Assembly: GCA_043228905.1 (NCBI GenBank)
Contig: JBHGNT010000003.1
Location: 12,710,001 to 12,774,000 of the forward strand
Reading direction: 5' to 3'
Length of the DNA: 64,000 nucleotides
Source of the DNA: Azolla caroliniana
Lineage: Eukaryota; Plantae; Polypodiophyta
Positions 48,465-61,945 of this stretch are shown piece after piece. The notes under the pieces are model-generated. The model did no database searches. It saw nothing but the letters and a program-made list of their open reading frames with translations, and was not told where the DNA came from. Made by a program: the position numbers and the translations under genes. Each line of letters starts with the position of its first letter. The first letter of the stretch is position 1.

Positions 48465-51400
48465 TGTTGCGATACAAGCTCAACATTGGTCGTATCGGCT
48501 ATACAAGCCGAGAACGGGATCGGTTGGGATTGATTGGTTAGGCCGGACTGGTGCGTAAACTGGTGTGCAATGAGAAGCCGTAACATTGCGTAAACCGCGA
48601 GGCCGTTGGAAAGAAATTCCGTGTAGGAATATATTTTGGGAGTTAGTGTAGAGCTAATTTATGAGCATTGAAGTACGTGTCAGTACTTCTGTCAGTCCGT
48701 ATGGACTTGTATAAAAGAGCTCACTGAGCACATCCTATGTACAGATTGAGTATTATTTTGAATTGAATTTCCGTGTGTTCTCTCTCTCTGTCTCTCCCGT
48801 GTACTGTGTATATTCAAGCTCTCCATTAAACTTGCATATTTTCTGTGTTCAGTTTTCTACTTACTTCCGCACGCTATTCTTTACATGGTATCAGGCAGCG
48901 ATTGCATTACGCCGAAGGATCCAAAAAAGCCAGAAAAAGGGTCAGCCTTCGTGATGAGACACAAAGCGAACTCAATGAAGAAGTCCACCCCGAAATCGGA
49001 TGAGGTGTGGTGCGTCGACTTCGGCGCATCAAACCACATGACGTGCCACAAGGAGTGGTTCTCATACCTTGCGAAACCGATGCAACCGGGAGTAGTCACA
49101 ACCGGAGACGACACTCCGCATCCGATCGAGAATGTCGGTGAAGTTACCCTGAACCATGTCGAGAAGAAAGGGAAACTCATGAATGTGTTACACGTCCCGA
49201 CAATCACAACGAATCTGGTGTCGATCGGGCAGATCGTCGACTAGGGGATGCAAGTCCGGTTCGCGTATCTCGAGTGCTTCATCAAGGAAGAAGGCCGAGT
49301 TATTGTGCAAGGGTGCAGAGACGGGAGGATGTTTATCCTCAACTCTAGTGATGGTGGTACCGCAATGTTCGCGAAAGGACAAAAAGTCGAGTCGGATATC
49401 GACTTATGGCACAAGCGGATAGGCCACGTCAACTATCAACGGCTTCAGGACTTGCAATCGAAACATGTGGTGTTCGGATTGCCCAAATTTAGTGGCTGGA
49501 AGGTACAAATTTGTGAAGCCTACTAGCTAGGGAAGCAACACTGACTTCCTTTCCCTAATGAGCATAACCGGAGCCAGAACAAGCTCGACTTGATATATTC
49601 CGATGTATGGGGGCTGGCACCGGACGTTAGTCTTGGTGGGAGTCAATATTTCGTCTCCTTCATCGACGACTATACGCGGCACATGTGGATCTACCTCATT
49701 GAGAAGAAGAGTGAAGTCTTCAACTGTTTCGGGGACCTCAAGAGTTTCATCGAAAGGTAAATAGGAAGAAAGATCAAGTGCCTACGGTCGGATGGCAGAA
49801 AAGAGTACTTTTCCGGTAAATTCAACGGGTATCTACAATAGATGGGAATTTGACGCGAATTCAATTGCAGATATATGCCGGAGCAAAACGGCGTGGCCTA
49901 AAGGAAAAATCGGTCAGTTGTGGAAGCAACGTGGGAAATGCTTGAAGAAAAGAGCTTGCCCAACTTCTATTGGGCCGAGGCGGTACGAACCGCGGTCTAC
50001 ATCCAGAACCTGATCGGAGAAAAAGTGTCAGCGCATGAGCTATACTTCGGAACGAAGCCAAATCTACAACACTTGAGAGTTTTCGGTAACATTGCATATG
50101 TGCATGTGCCAAAGAAGAAACGGAGGAAGTTGGACGCGAAAGCTGAGAGGTGTATCTTGGTCGGCTATTCGGACGAGCAGAATGGTTATAAGTGTTATAA
50201 CCCTCGCACCAAAGAAGCGCGCGTGAGTCGCGACGTTGTGTTTAACAAGTCCGTGTCCTGGTACTTGCCTCTGACTCCGGACCTCACCACCAATCCGAGT
50301 TTTGACGTTGAGGTCAGCAAGGATGAGATCCCTCCGGATGAGCCTGAAATCAGGACCCGTGAAGAGAGTCCGATTTCAATTTGGTTTAGCGGACCGAATG
50401 GACGACGGAGTCAGTTCGACTAGTCCGATGAAGAGCCGGCGAGTAGTGGAGACTCAGCCGCACATTCCCCACGCAGGAAGCCAAGGAGACAGCTTACGCG
50501 CAAGGAAAAACGGAAGAAGAAGGTGTCGGACTACGGCACAGATAGGAACGAGTCGGATTGACGTGAGTCCGACTTCGAGGGAAGTGATGACGGGTCTTCG
50601 AGAGCGAAGAAAGCCTCACCATCGGCTAATGAGCAATTACGCCGATCTACCCGCTAGAAGAACCCTGTTGTGCGGTTCGGTTACAACGAGTACATGGCGC
50701 ATCACTGTGCGTACATGACGCGTGTAGCGGAAGTGCGTGAGCCGGAGAGCTACGTAGAAGCGATGAAAAACGTGAATTGGCGTGTTGCGATGGAGGAAGA
50801 GATGCGCGCATTGGCTAAAAATGACACCTGGGACCTAGTTGATGCACCGAAAGGTGTGACGCCGATCGGATGTAGGTGGGTATACCAGGTCAAGTACAAC
50901 ATTGACGGCTCAGTCAACTGATACAAGGCCCGGTTAGTAGCAAAAGGTTACGCGCAGCAACACAACATTGACTACGATGAGACATTTGCACCGGTCGCGA
51001 AGATGACGACCGTCCGTGTTTTGCTTGTGATAGTTGCGGCAAAGGGGTGACACTTACATCATATGGATGTATAGAATGCGTTCCTGCAAGGTGAGCTTGA
51101 GGAATAGGTGTACATGGTACAACCCCCTGGATTTCAGTCTGGAATGAACACTTCGGCGGTGTGCCGATTGAAGAAGTCCCTTTACAGACTAAAGCAAGCC
51201 CAACATGCCTGGAACATGAAGATCACGCAGCAATTGCGTTGGATGGGCTTTGTGATGTCGAAATCAGACTTCTCACTGTTCATCCGGAAAGGTCGACTCG
51301 GGCCAGTTAGCATTTTACTTTATTTTGATGACTTGGTCATCACCGACGCCGACCTCGGTGAGATTGACTATGTGAAGCTCCAACTTGCGGCATCACTCGA

Positions 51401-53195
51401 TATGAAGGATCTGGGGGGCCTTCATTACTTCCTCGGGATCGAAGTGATCCACACCCCCAACGGCATACTGATCAGCCAACGACATTACGTGTTGAGTATG
51501 CTCTTCAAATTCGGGATGGCCGACTGTAAGTCCGTCTCGGCTCCTTTGGATAGAACCGTCAAGCTTCGCCCAGATTCCGGAAAGGTATGCGACCCGAAGA
51601 GGTTCCGACAGATAGTCGGAAGCCTTACATACTTGACCATCACCCGACCAGATCTCAGCTACCCGGTCAGGGTGATTAGTCAGTTCATGGCGCGACCTAC
51701 CGAGGAGCATCTTCAGTGTACGCAACACATACTGCGGTACGTAAGCGGCACTAAGGACCGGGGGCTACTATATCGGACTGGTACAGCCCCGCAATTGGTT
51801 GGCTACACAGATGGCGATTGGGCCAGCAACGTCGTCAATTGCCGATCCACGTCCGGTTTCACGTGGAGTGCCGCGATCGCGTGGAGTAGCAAGAAGTAGC
51901 CGACAGTTGCGTTGTCGAGCACTGAAGTTGAGTATAGAGGAGCGGTTTTCGCGACATGCGAAGCCATATGGTTGAAGCGGCTACTTAAGGATCTGCATAT
52001 TGAGGTATCCGATCCAACGACAATCTACTACGACAACCTCAGCAGCATCCAACTAGCGAAGAACCCCATCTTCCACGTCTAGACTAAGCACATTGAGGTG
52101 CACTACCATTTCGTCCGTGAGCGTTTCCTCTCCGGTGAAGTCGAACTTCAGTATGTTCCGACAGATCGGCAGACCACCGACATCTTCATCAAGCCTCTTG
52201 GTCTGGACAAGTTGCGGCAATTCTCGGGTGCGCTTGGGTTGCGTCACCTCGATGTGCCGAACTTGAGGGGGAGAGACGTCCCGAATGACTATGGAAGGGG
52301 GAGAGAAGTTCTGGAAAACCGTGATGCCAAGTCGGATGACGAATTCGATTTCGGATCGGCTGATGAAGCCGAGGGGGGATCCGTGGAAGATTCTGAAAGT
52401 GGACATAAGGGGAGCAGTCAAAAGAAAGAGTTTAAGCCAACCAAGCATGGGGGAGACGAAGCCATCAAGCATGGGAAGACCGAAGAAGATTTGGAGACAG
52501 CCAACTCGGACGAGAGCGAAAACCGATCGGAGGAAGCCGAGTCGGTTCGCATGTTTGATTCGGACACGCTAAATCAACCAAAGGCCAAGAGGAAGAGAAG
52601 GAAACAGAAGAGCCACCAGCATTGCAACAGCAAGGAAGCTGAGAAGGGCCGTGTGAGCAGACAAGCCAACTGGAAGGGTTGAGGCGTGCGGAATCGAACA
52701 GGTCGAGGAGCGCGAGCAAGACGTGAAGACCAGAAGGAACCGGAGCGTAGATCTCGAAGAGCAAATGGAACCTCAAGTTGAGCTTGACGGGGAGTGTTGA
52801 GATACAAGTTCAACATTGGCCGGATTGGTTGTACAAGCCGGGAAACGGATTGGTTGGGATCAATCAGTTAGGCCAAACCGGTGCGTAAACCGGGTGCGTA
52901 AACAGCGAGGCCGTTGGAAAGTTATTCCGCGTAGGAATATATTTTGGGAGTTAGTGTAGAGCTCATTTATGAGCATTGAATTACGTGTTAGTACTTCTGT
53001 CAGTCCGTATGGACTTGTATAAAAGTGCTCACTGAGCACATCCTATGTACAGATTGAGTATTATTTTGAATTGAATTTATGTATGTTCTCTCTCTCTCTG
53101 TCTCTCTCGCGTATTGTGTATATTCAAGCTCTCCATTAAACCTGCATATTTTCTATGTTCGGTTTTCTACTTGCTTCCGCATGCTATTCTTTACA
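48465..53195 (+). mobile_element. Ty1/Copia copy 3 with both LTRs; gag deleted, decayed
   Basis: LTRs 48465-48885 and 52795-53195; PBS remnant tggtatcag 48886-48894; PR, INT, RT and RH fragments in Copia order; degenerate TSD gcaac/acacc. Confidence 0.92.
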
Positions 53196-56070
53196 ACACC
53201 TAACACTCTCCGGAGAGAAATCGGAATTCGGGCAAGAAGAGATATTGGTGGTCACCAACCAAGATTGATGTGATTCAAGCTATGAAAGAAATATGCGAGT
53301 CACAATCCGAAGTCCGTAGATTTCTTGGGGCATGTGCATTTTATCACATATGGATTCCGCATTATGCACACATTGCGGACCCACTCTATCACTTGTTGCG
53401 GAAGGGAAAGAAGTTCGAATGGAAACCGGAACATACCAAAGTTGTGAAGAAGCTCAAGAAATCACTGCAGAGGGCAGAAGCACTTAAGAAGCCAACTATG
53501 ACCGACCGATTGTAGTAATGGTTGATACAAGTCGAACCGGGATTGGATGGGTCATCAATCAAGCCAATTCGGATGGTTCACGATATCCGATCCGATTCGG
53601 AGCAAAGGTTCTCAACGAAAGGCAACGCGGAAGTTAAAAGAGAATTATGGGGAGTCGTGACAACGATAAAATCAGATCGAGATTACTTGATTGGAGCCGA
53701 AGTAATGATCGAAATGGATTGTCTTCCGATACTCAGGCTGATGCGATGTTGCACGATACCGGATGTGGCTATGCTAAGATGGATTGGATATGTAAAGTTC
53801 CTTAATCCGGAGATACGACACATCTCCAGAAAAGACAACACAGTAGCGGATATGCTATCAAGGGCACGGTTTGGAGACGACATGGCCGAATCCGATAAGG
53901 AATCCGAAAACTACTTTACTTCGGAGCACATACGTCGGGTGAACATAATCCGAGAATTCCAGGAAGAAGAATACAAGGGAGAAAGTTTGTTGATCGGGAA
54001 AGTGCTACAAAAAAGAGAGCTAAGATCCGAAGTAAGAAGCGACAAGTCTAGAAGTTTTTCTTGAACAATGGATTAATCTGGAGGAAGTCGAAAAGACTGG
54101 ATGGCATACCACTACAGGTAATTGGAACGAAAGAGAAACAAAACCAGATAATATCTGAATTTCACGAATCCGATTGGGCCAGACATTGGGGAACATGGGC
54201 AACATTCGCGAAGATCAAACAAAAATATTGGTGGAAGAATATGTACAAAGAAGTAGCAGCGTTCGCGGAAATCTATGAGAAATGTTAAATCTACTCCGGA
54301 GTTCAACACCGAGATGAATTACATCCGACATTCTCATCAACAATCAACTTCAAATGGATGGTTGACATTGTGGCCATGATAACCAGGATCGGCCAAAAGA
54401 AGTACTTGGTGTTAGCTCGGGAAGATCTGACAAACCAAGTAGAAGGACGGACACTACGGTGGAAAACATGTTCCGTAGTATGCCAATTTATCTTAGAAGA
54501 AGTGTTCTACAGGTACGGGTGCGTCAGACAAGTGATTGCGGATCAGGGAGAACTTGACACTGATAAAGCTAGGGAATTCGTCATCAGACTTGGAGTACGG
54601 TTAACACTAACCATGGCATACAATCCGGAAGCCAACGGGAAGATCGAATGAGGACATAGTCCAATCGTCAAAGCACTTGCAAACGCATGCGACGGAAGGG
54701 TGAAGGATTGGTCGTAGATGCTTCCATATGCACTATGGACGGATCGCACAACGCATAGTTCCGTGACCGGTTATATGCCAACCGAACTTATGACCGGACA
54801 AGCACCGGTAATGCTGACGGAAACCGCGATTACAACATGGATAGTGCTACCGTGGAAGGAGGAAATGAGCCGGGAAGAACTACTAGCGGTCCTGATAAGA
54901 CAACTAGAGGGAAGACCAGAGGACATAGTGCAAGCAACAGGCCGACAACAGGAAGCGCAATTTCGGAACAAAGGTTGATTTGACACAAAGCATCGACTAC
55001 GACCACGGAAGATTGAAGAAGGAGATTGGGTCATTGTCTATGACAGTAGTTTGGATCATCAACATAAAACAATATAGAAGTTTGCTAAAAGGTGGTTCGG
55101 GCCATACGAGGTTCGGAAAGTTTTTGACACTGGAACTTACCGACTATGCGAGTTGGATGGAACAGTACTATAGGTGCCTATAGCGGGGAAACGGGTGACG
55201 ATTTTCAAGAAGAGGACTGACAACGAACCTTATGTAAGCTTAGATAAGACTGACAACGAGGAGCAATCGGACAAAGATCGCGGTGATGCGGAAAACGAAG
55301 AAAGTGGACTACAATTGATAATCGACATAAGGGGAGAATCGGAGAGTGCTACGGATGAAGGCATATAACAAGCATCGGGAACTTCGGCACATACCAGAGG
55401 ATGTGCGGGTTCGGAGGGGGAGAGTGTCGTAGTGTATTTCGTACACTATGTGCAAAACGTATATAGTATTCGATTCAATAAATATGAAGAAATAGAAGAA
55501 AATGTTAAAATAGGTCATACATGCATAGGGCAAGATTTGAACCTTGTACCTCCATGTTAACGATTTTAAGCCTTACCATTGTACTAGCATATTACGAGTT
55601 TCTAAAGTTATACTAAACTTTATCCCATCTAAATATTCTAGATAAGCATGATAGAAAAAGTTATTCATGCATACACACTCGAGTTAAAAGAAAAGATGTG
55701 ATAGAAAGCTAATCGTGCACATGTAGTGTGCATGAAAACTAAAGTTAGAGAAAGCATGATGTTTGCATGTGATAAACTTAGACTCTTCCATTACTATATA
55801 AGGGAGAGAGAAAGATGTATAGAGCTTGTGGATTTTTTGTAAGGGGAATTATTATAAAATATTCGTGGGATTCACGATTTTGCCATCTATTTCTCTCTTA
55901 CAATCTAAGTATCAATTAATACACTATACTCGTGGGATTCACGAGTTTCATATCTTCCTCTTGCAATCTATTCATAACTAACCTTATCTCATATTCTTCT
56001 TTCTCCGAGTCCAAAACCCTAGCGAGTCCCACCCGACTCACGCCAACGATCCGGAGCGAAAGGCCCGACA

Positions 56071-58542
56071 ATGTGACAAAAGCTCGACTCGAAGTCTGAG
56101 AAATGTATCCTCGTAGGATACTCACTCAAACAAAAGGGGTACAAATGCTACAACCCATCTACCCGAAAAGTTCACGTAAGTCGAGATGTCGTTTTCAACG
56201 AGCACGCATCCTGGTACGCACCAGAAACAACTTCGACTCTGACTCCACTCGACCCAAAATCCGCCGAAATGGAGATAGAAGACGAAGATCGGCTCACACG
56301 CATGTTTGAAGAAAGCCTGATTACGACATGGCTTAGTGGACCACGGGAGCCCCCGAGTGACCAAAACACATTTCGACTGAGTTAGAAACTCGACAAAGGG
56401 AAGGCCATGATGTCCGAATACGAAGATCCAATCGACAACGCGTCAACTTATTCGCTTGACAGTGAGTTCGAAGGTTTGGACATCCTAATCATCTAGACAG
56501 ATGGAGTGAAGAAAGCCTTAGAATCCCCAAACGAGAAGCTCCGCTGATCGACCCGTGAAAAGAACCCCGTAAGCCACTTCGGCTACAATGATTATATGGA
56601 GTACCATTACGCCTTCATGATGAAGGTAGCATCAGTACGGGAGCTAGAGACGCTTTCCGAAGATGTAAAGGATCCATGATATGTCGATTTGATGCACGAG
56701 GAAATGGAAGCGTTATGCAAAAACGAGACTTGGGATCTCGTCCCTCACACGTTGCACAAGAAAGCAATTGGCTGTCGATGGATTTACAAAGTGAAACACA
56801 ATGCCAACGGCTTTGTAAATCGCTTGAAAGCATAGCTCGTTGCGAAAGGATACACACAGAATACGAAGAGACCTTTGCCCCGGTTGCAAAGATGACAACC
56901 GTGCGGACTGTAATTGCTCTTGCAGTAGCAAAAGGGTGGCACCTCCACCAAATGGACGTGAAAAACGCCTTCCTCCAAGGAGAATTAGAAGAGGAAGTAT
57001 ATATGATTCAACCATCCGTCTTTGAATCGTGTAGTCATCCGCACGCCGTATGCCGCCTCAAGAAGCCACTATACGGCCTCAAACAAGCACCCCGTGCGTG
57101 GCACTCGAAGATCACGCAATATCTTCATCAGATCATATTTCGAATGTCAAAATCCGATACTTCGCTGTACATCTGAAATGAGTCGGATAGCCCGATTGTC
57201 ATCATCCTTTACGTGGATGACTTGGTCATCAGAGGAAAGGATTTTGCCAAGATTAACAAAGTCAAATCACTTCTCTCCAGCATATTCGAAATGAAAGACA
57301 TGCACGAGCTCCATTACTTCCTAGGCATTGAAGTAATTGGGACACCAGTCGGAATAATGATATCTCAACGGCACTACGTTCTCAACTTGCTCTACAAGTT
57401 CGGAATGACTGAAGGCAAAAATGTGTCCACCCCTCTCAATCATAATCTCAAGATGGATGCCTATTCCGGCACAGTCGTGTGCAACTCAACTCAGTATCGT
57501 CAACTAATCGGCAACTTAATCTATCTCACCATTACGCAACCCGATCTCAATTATTCGGTCGGCCTACTTAGCCAATTCATGCAAAATCCACGAAACCTTC
57601 ATCTCGATTGCGCTAAGAGGATACTCCGGTATGTCGGTACTACAATGGATTACGGCATTATGTATAAGTCAAATACGACGATTCGACTCGAAGGCTACAC
57701 AGACGTGAACTAGGCAGGCCACAAATCGGATAGACAATCCACATCCAAATTCGTCTTCTCCCTTGGCAGCGGAGTGCTCTCCTAGAGCAGTAAGAAGCAG
57801 CCGACAGTCGCACTGTCGAGCATGGAAGCCGAATACAGGGGTGCGGCAGTCGCCACATGCGAAGCTGTATGGCTCAAGCGCATACTCAAGGATTTGGGTG
57901 TTCCCATTACGGATCCAATTCGCCTCTTCTACGACAACATGAGCAGCATCTACCTCGCTTGGAACCTTGTCTTCCACGGGTGGACTAAACATATCGAAGT
58001 GCACTACCACTTCATCTGCGAGCGCATACAGGCTGGAGAAATCGATCTACAACATATAAGTACGCACCTCCGCTGATATTTTTACGAAGGCCTTAGGAGT
58101 CGACAAGGTCGGGCAATTCGCATTGGACCTTGGTCTCACGACATCCACATTGCCGAACTTGAGGGGGAGTATTGCAGGCGACATGCGCACTGTATGCAAT
58201 TGATCGAGTACGCAACACACAATTAATTGAACCGAGCATGAAGCCGAAAAGCCAAACAATCCAGTTCAAGGATTACGAACGCCGGAAGCCGGATTCCGAA
58301 GACCAAACAGAAACAACTTTTTCTACAAATGGAAGTTGTGTTCGAAGGGACGTGTTGAGAGTCGAACTCAACTTCCCATAGTAATAGGTTTCACACTAAC
58401 TCACGGACATATCAGGCTAGTTTTGTAAATAGTAGAAAGGGCACTGACCCTAGCTTAGTTGGTATTTAAACCAACCCCTTGTAACTTAGTTACTGTTGGA
58501 AGTATTTTGGTTAATGTAATATACAGTCTTTTATCTCTGTCT

Positions 58543-58625
<83 letters not shown>

Positions 58626-58694
58626 GCCTTACGTGCATACACACACAGTCCTTCCACTGCATTTTAGCCACCCTTGCTCCTCATTTTCTTTACA
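56071..58694 (+). mobile_element. Ty1/Copia copy 4, 3' half (end of INT, RT, RH, 3' LTR ~58353-58694)
   Basis: [37 protein letters not shown]; LTR TGTTGA...TTTACA containing (CT)n at ~58547-58620. LTR start is less certain. Confidence 0.85.
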
Positions 58695-59828
58695 ATTTTG
58701 TATTTGTAAGAAATACGAAGCAATGGAGATTGGCCTAGGAGGATTTCCTTGAGTTCCTTCCGCTTGAGCGGATGACATTGGGTCGTTCTTATGAGCCATT
58801 GAATGATAATTTCTAGGCCAGACAAATAGTCATAACATCATATCGTGATATAAACATATCATGGGCTAACATTAATCAATATCATGTTCTCACGTCAATA
58901 CCCCTCTAGACGTATGACATGAGGTTCAAGATTAGGTTACTATGGTAACGCAAAGGTGTTTTAAAAACCATGGGGGTGACAAATGAATGTCTTTCCCTGA
59001 TCTTCGATTTTTTCATGGCCGCTCCCCTACGCTCAACCATGTATGTTCACATCATGAATAGTTTATACACGAAAAAAAATGTTAACAATAAACTATATTT
59101 TTGTGCCCACGTATGTGGTTTCTGCTCTTTAAACATGTATCAAAAATGTTGTATGGTCTTGGTCATATTTGAACTCGAGACCTCAAGAACACTTGAATGT
59201 TTAACATTTTATGCATATAAGAGATATGTGAGGCATTTGTCCATATATGTTTTCTTTTTAAAAACATATATGTCAAGAGTCCTTATTTCCCTCTCGTTTA
59301 CCACAAACTATGTTGGTACATTACCTAACCTCAAGTCTCATAATTACAATGGCATACGCCAAAGGGAAACCTAATTGTCAAGCCAAATGAGCCCTCTTTT
59401 CGTAGTAGGCCCACGTGGCCCATCACATGGTTGGATATGTGTGTCATAGGTGCGACCTCACATGAAGTGGGTCACGCCCTACGTTAGGTAACGAAAAAGA
59501 AGTGACAAACAGGGATGTTAACAAAAAAATTGTTGAAAAAAAGGATGGAGACTACACCATTCTCACAAAAATGTGAGGACGGCCACCAAGATCCTTTCCC
59601 CAGAAAGGAAACATTCAATATAGAAATCATGTAATAGCTAATATACACATATGTATATTGATCACATATATACGATCAAATACATATACACGTGACCACA
59701 TATGCATATATTAAAACAATCGTAATATCAAATAGCCAACAATGATGTAATCGAGATACGTAATCGAGGCATATAGCCTCTACGCACACGAAACATCCAA
59801 AAATAAGGGTTAATCATAATATGCAATT

Positions 59829-60122
59829 GAGGTATTCACCTCTTACGTATACGACACTAAATGCATATTATTTACTTAGAAGTCGAGGTATTGACCTCAT
59901 ACGCATACGTAACATATCTATGTGAACGTAATACGCAATTGAGGTATTAACCTCGTACGCATATGACACTAAACGCATATCATTTACTTAGAAATCGAGG
60001 TATTGACCTCATACGCATACATAACATATGTATGTGAGCGTAATACACAATTGAGGTATTAACCTCGTATGCATACGACACGAATCACATATTAAATATA
60101 TGGCATATGAGGTATTGACCTC
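59829..60122. repeat. Array of six GAGGT-N4-ACCTC palindromes at an exact 56-bp period
   Basis: Starts at 59829, 59885, 59941, 59997, 60053 and 60109. Confidence 0.92.
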
Positions 60123-60124
60123 AT

Positions 60125-60486
60125 ACACATATGTAAACGTTTTATTCAACCAATTAATTACCACTACAACATCATTGAATCAATGAAAGAAAAAAAATAT
60201 TGATTGTACATGATTAGATTGGGAGAAGAAAGAATAGAAAAAAAAAACAAGAAAGAGTTACCAAAGTTCCTTTGTTGATCTCTATTTGGATCAAGGTCGA
60301 CCGCACACATATGTAAACGTTTTATTCAACCAATTAATTACCACTACAACATCATTGAATCAATGAAAGAAAACAAATATTGACTATACATGATTAGATT
60401 GGGAGAAGAAAGAATAGAAAAAAAAAACAAGAAAGAGTTACCGAAGTTCCTTTGTTGATCTCTATTTGGATCAAGGTCGACCGCAC
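60125..60486. repeat. 180-bp tandem duplication
   Basis: acacatatgtaaacg...aaggtcgaccgc starting at 60125 and 60305. Confidence 0.92.
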
Positions 60487-61639
60487 GTCGATCGATCACC
60501 ATCCATCAAGAAGACAACAAAAATCAACAAAAGAAACATTAGAAACATAAGCCCTGATACCAACTATTAGAGTGTCGATGTAATGTAAGCATATGATAAG
60601 GATATAATATATATGAAATAAGAAAGGAGAGAGAGAAAGAAGGGTGTCGATACACCCGACCACCCCCGAGCGAAGGGATCGGGACAGACTCGAGCCTCTA
60701 TCAGTGTCCCATACCACCATCGTGGCGTCGAGTCGTAGCTGGTGCTAGCGCGCTCACTACAAGAGTTGACCCACCACGAAACTGAGTCTCGACATGGTCA
60801 AGAGATGATCAAATGAGGGTCTCTAGGCCTCATATTTATAGCAAAACCCAAGGCCCCCAAGCAAGTTCACACTTGGCCTAATGGGTTATCTCAATCCTGA
60901 GCATTAAAAGTAATCCTCCCCTTCTTTACACTCTCGTTTAACCCTCACACTTATCCACGTGTATAGAATACTACTGTAAATTCTCACCATGGGATATAAT
61001 ATGGTCATGCCTATAACAACCTGAGTTCATACAGCTTGCCGACTAGCGATTACAATAGAGGCACTCTCTGTGTCTATTTGACTCTCTCTCTCTAACACTC
61101 TGTCTATTTTGTTGCAAAGGCAACGACCTCGCACGCGCAGTACACAGTTACACAGATACACACAACTAAAAACCAATGAACAATATGACTCAACACTTTG
61201 ATAAAGTTTGCCCTAGTTATCTTTTATACTTAGATAAATTTCAGGCTATTTACATAATGAGCCTAAGCACTCGTCTCAAAACCTATTTATATTTTCCGGA
61301 TAGTCATCCGGACTTGATCCGGTTTCTGACTCAACATTTTGGGTTAAAGCATGCTACGGTGTACCAAAAAAGTATTGTTTTTGGCAAAAAAAAAACACGT
61401 CTACTTTTTATACTATTAGTACTAAAAATTAATAAATAATAATAATTTTGGCAAAAATAAAAATCAAGAGTGACGTGGGAGTAGTACAAAGTGCAATAAT
61501 GACAGAAAATGGTGGGAAAGTGATTTGAGAGGATTATACCATTTTGGGGGTATTTCCCCCTTCACATTAAAGTTTTTTCACTTTTTCATTTTTTATGCTT
61601 TTTCTTCTCATCGTTCTTCTTCCAACCAAGCCTTCTCCT

Positions 61640-61945
61640 TACTTAGATTTGAACCTTATTTCTGAATCATTCTCCTATCTCTGATTTGAACTTTATGCAT
61701 GAATCGTTGTCTTAACTTAGATTTCATGCTTCATCTTTGAATAGTACTCATAACAGCATGGATGAAGCTTCTTCCACAAATCATTATTCGAACTCAGATT
61801 TGAAGTTTCTTCCAACACGAACCTTCTGCACTCAGATTTGACGCTTCTTCCAACACGAATCTTCTGCACTCAAATTTGAAGCTTTGGTTGACAAGAGTCC
61901 TCCTATCTCTTATTTGAAGATTCTTTGATGAACCGTATGCGGTTC
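61640..61945. repeat. Degenerate 37-38-bp tandem repeat
   Basis: ctcagatttgaag-like units at 61642, 61679, 61716, 61793, 61831, 61869 and 61907. Confidence 0.75.

Larger units (their letters stand above)
44526..56070 (+). mobile_element. Decayed relative of the intact tRNA-Trp Gypsy element, with two nested insertions
   Basis: LTR end ggcccgaca at 44655; degenerate PBS tagtgaacccgatgtgaa 44660-44677; gag (QFNGKDVSRYL, CIWCDSTEHDRRDC); PR ALIDHGSEINLM; RT to 48464, resuming at 53196; INT to ~55368; PPT ggagggggagag; 3' LTR 55425-56070. Confidence 0.92.
58695..61097 (-). mobile_element. 5' end of an LTR retrotransposon: LTR 60565-61097, tRNA-iMet PBS and long repeat-rich leader
   Basis: Termini tattagag/ctctaaca (7 of 8 inverted match); minus-strand CTATAAAT at ~60834-60841; PBS TGGTATCAGGGC 60551-60562, 2 nt from the LTR; possible gag start ATG at 58799, truncated by Copia copy 4. 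Confidence 0.7.

Noticed and set aside
59829-60122. CRISPR-like repeat-spacer pattern
   Set aside because: The repeat is only 14 bp, spacers are homologous to each other, there are no cas genes, and the context is a eukaryotic retrotransposon leader.
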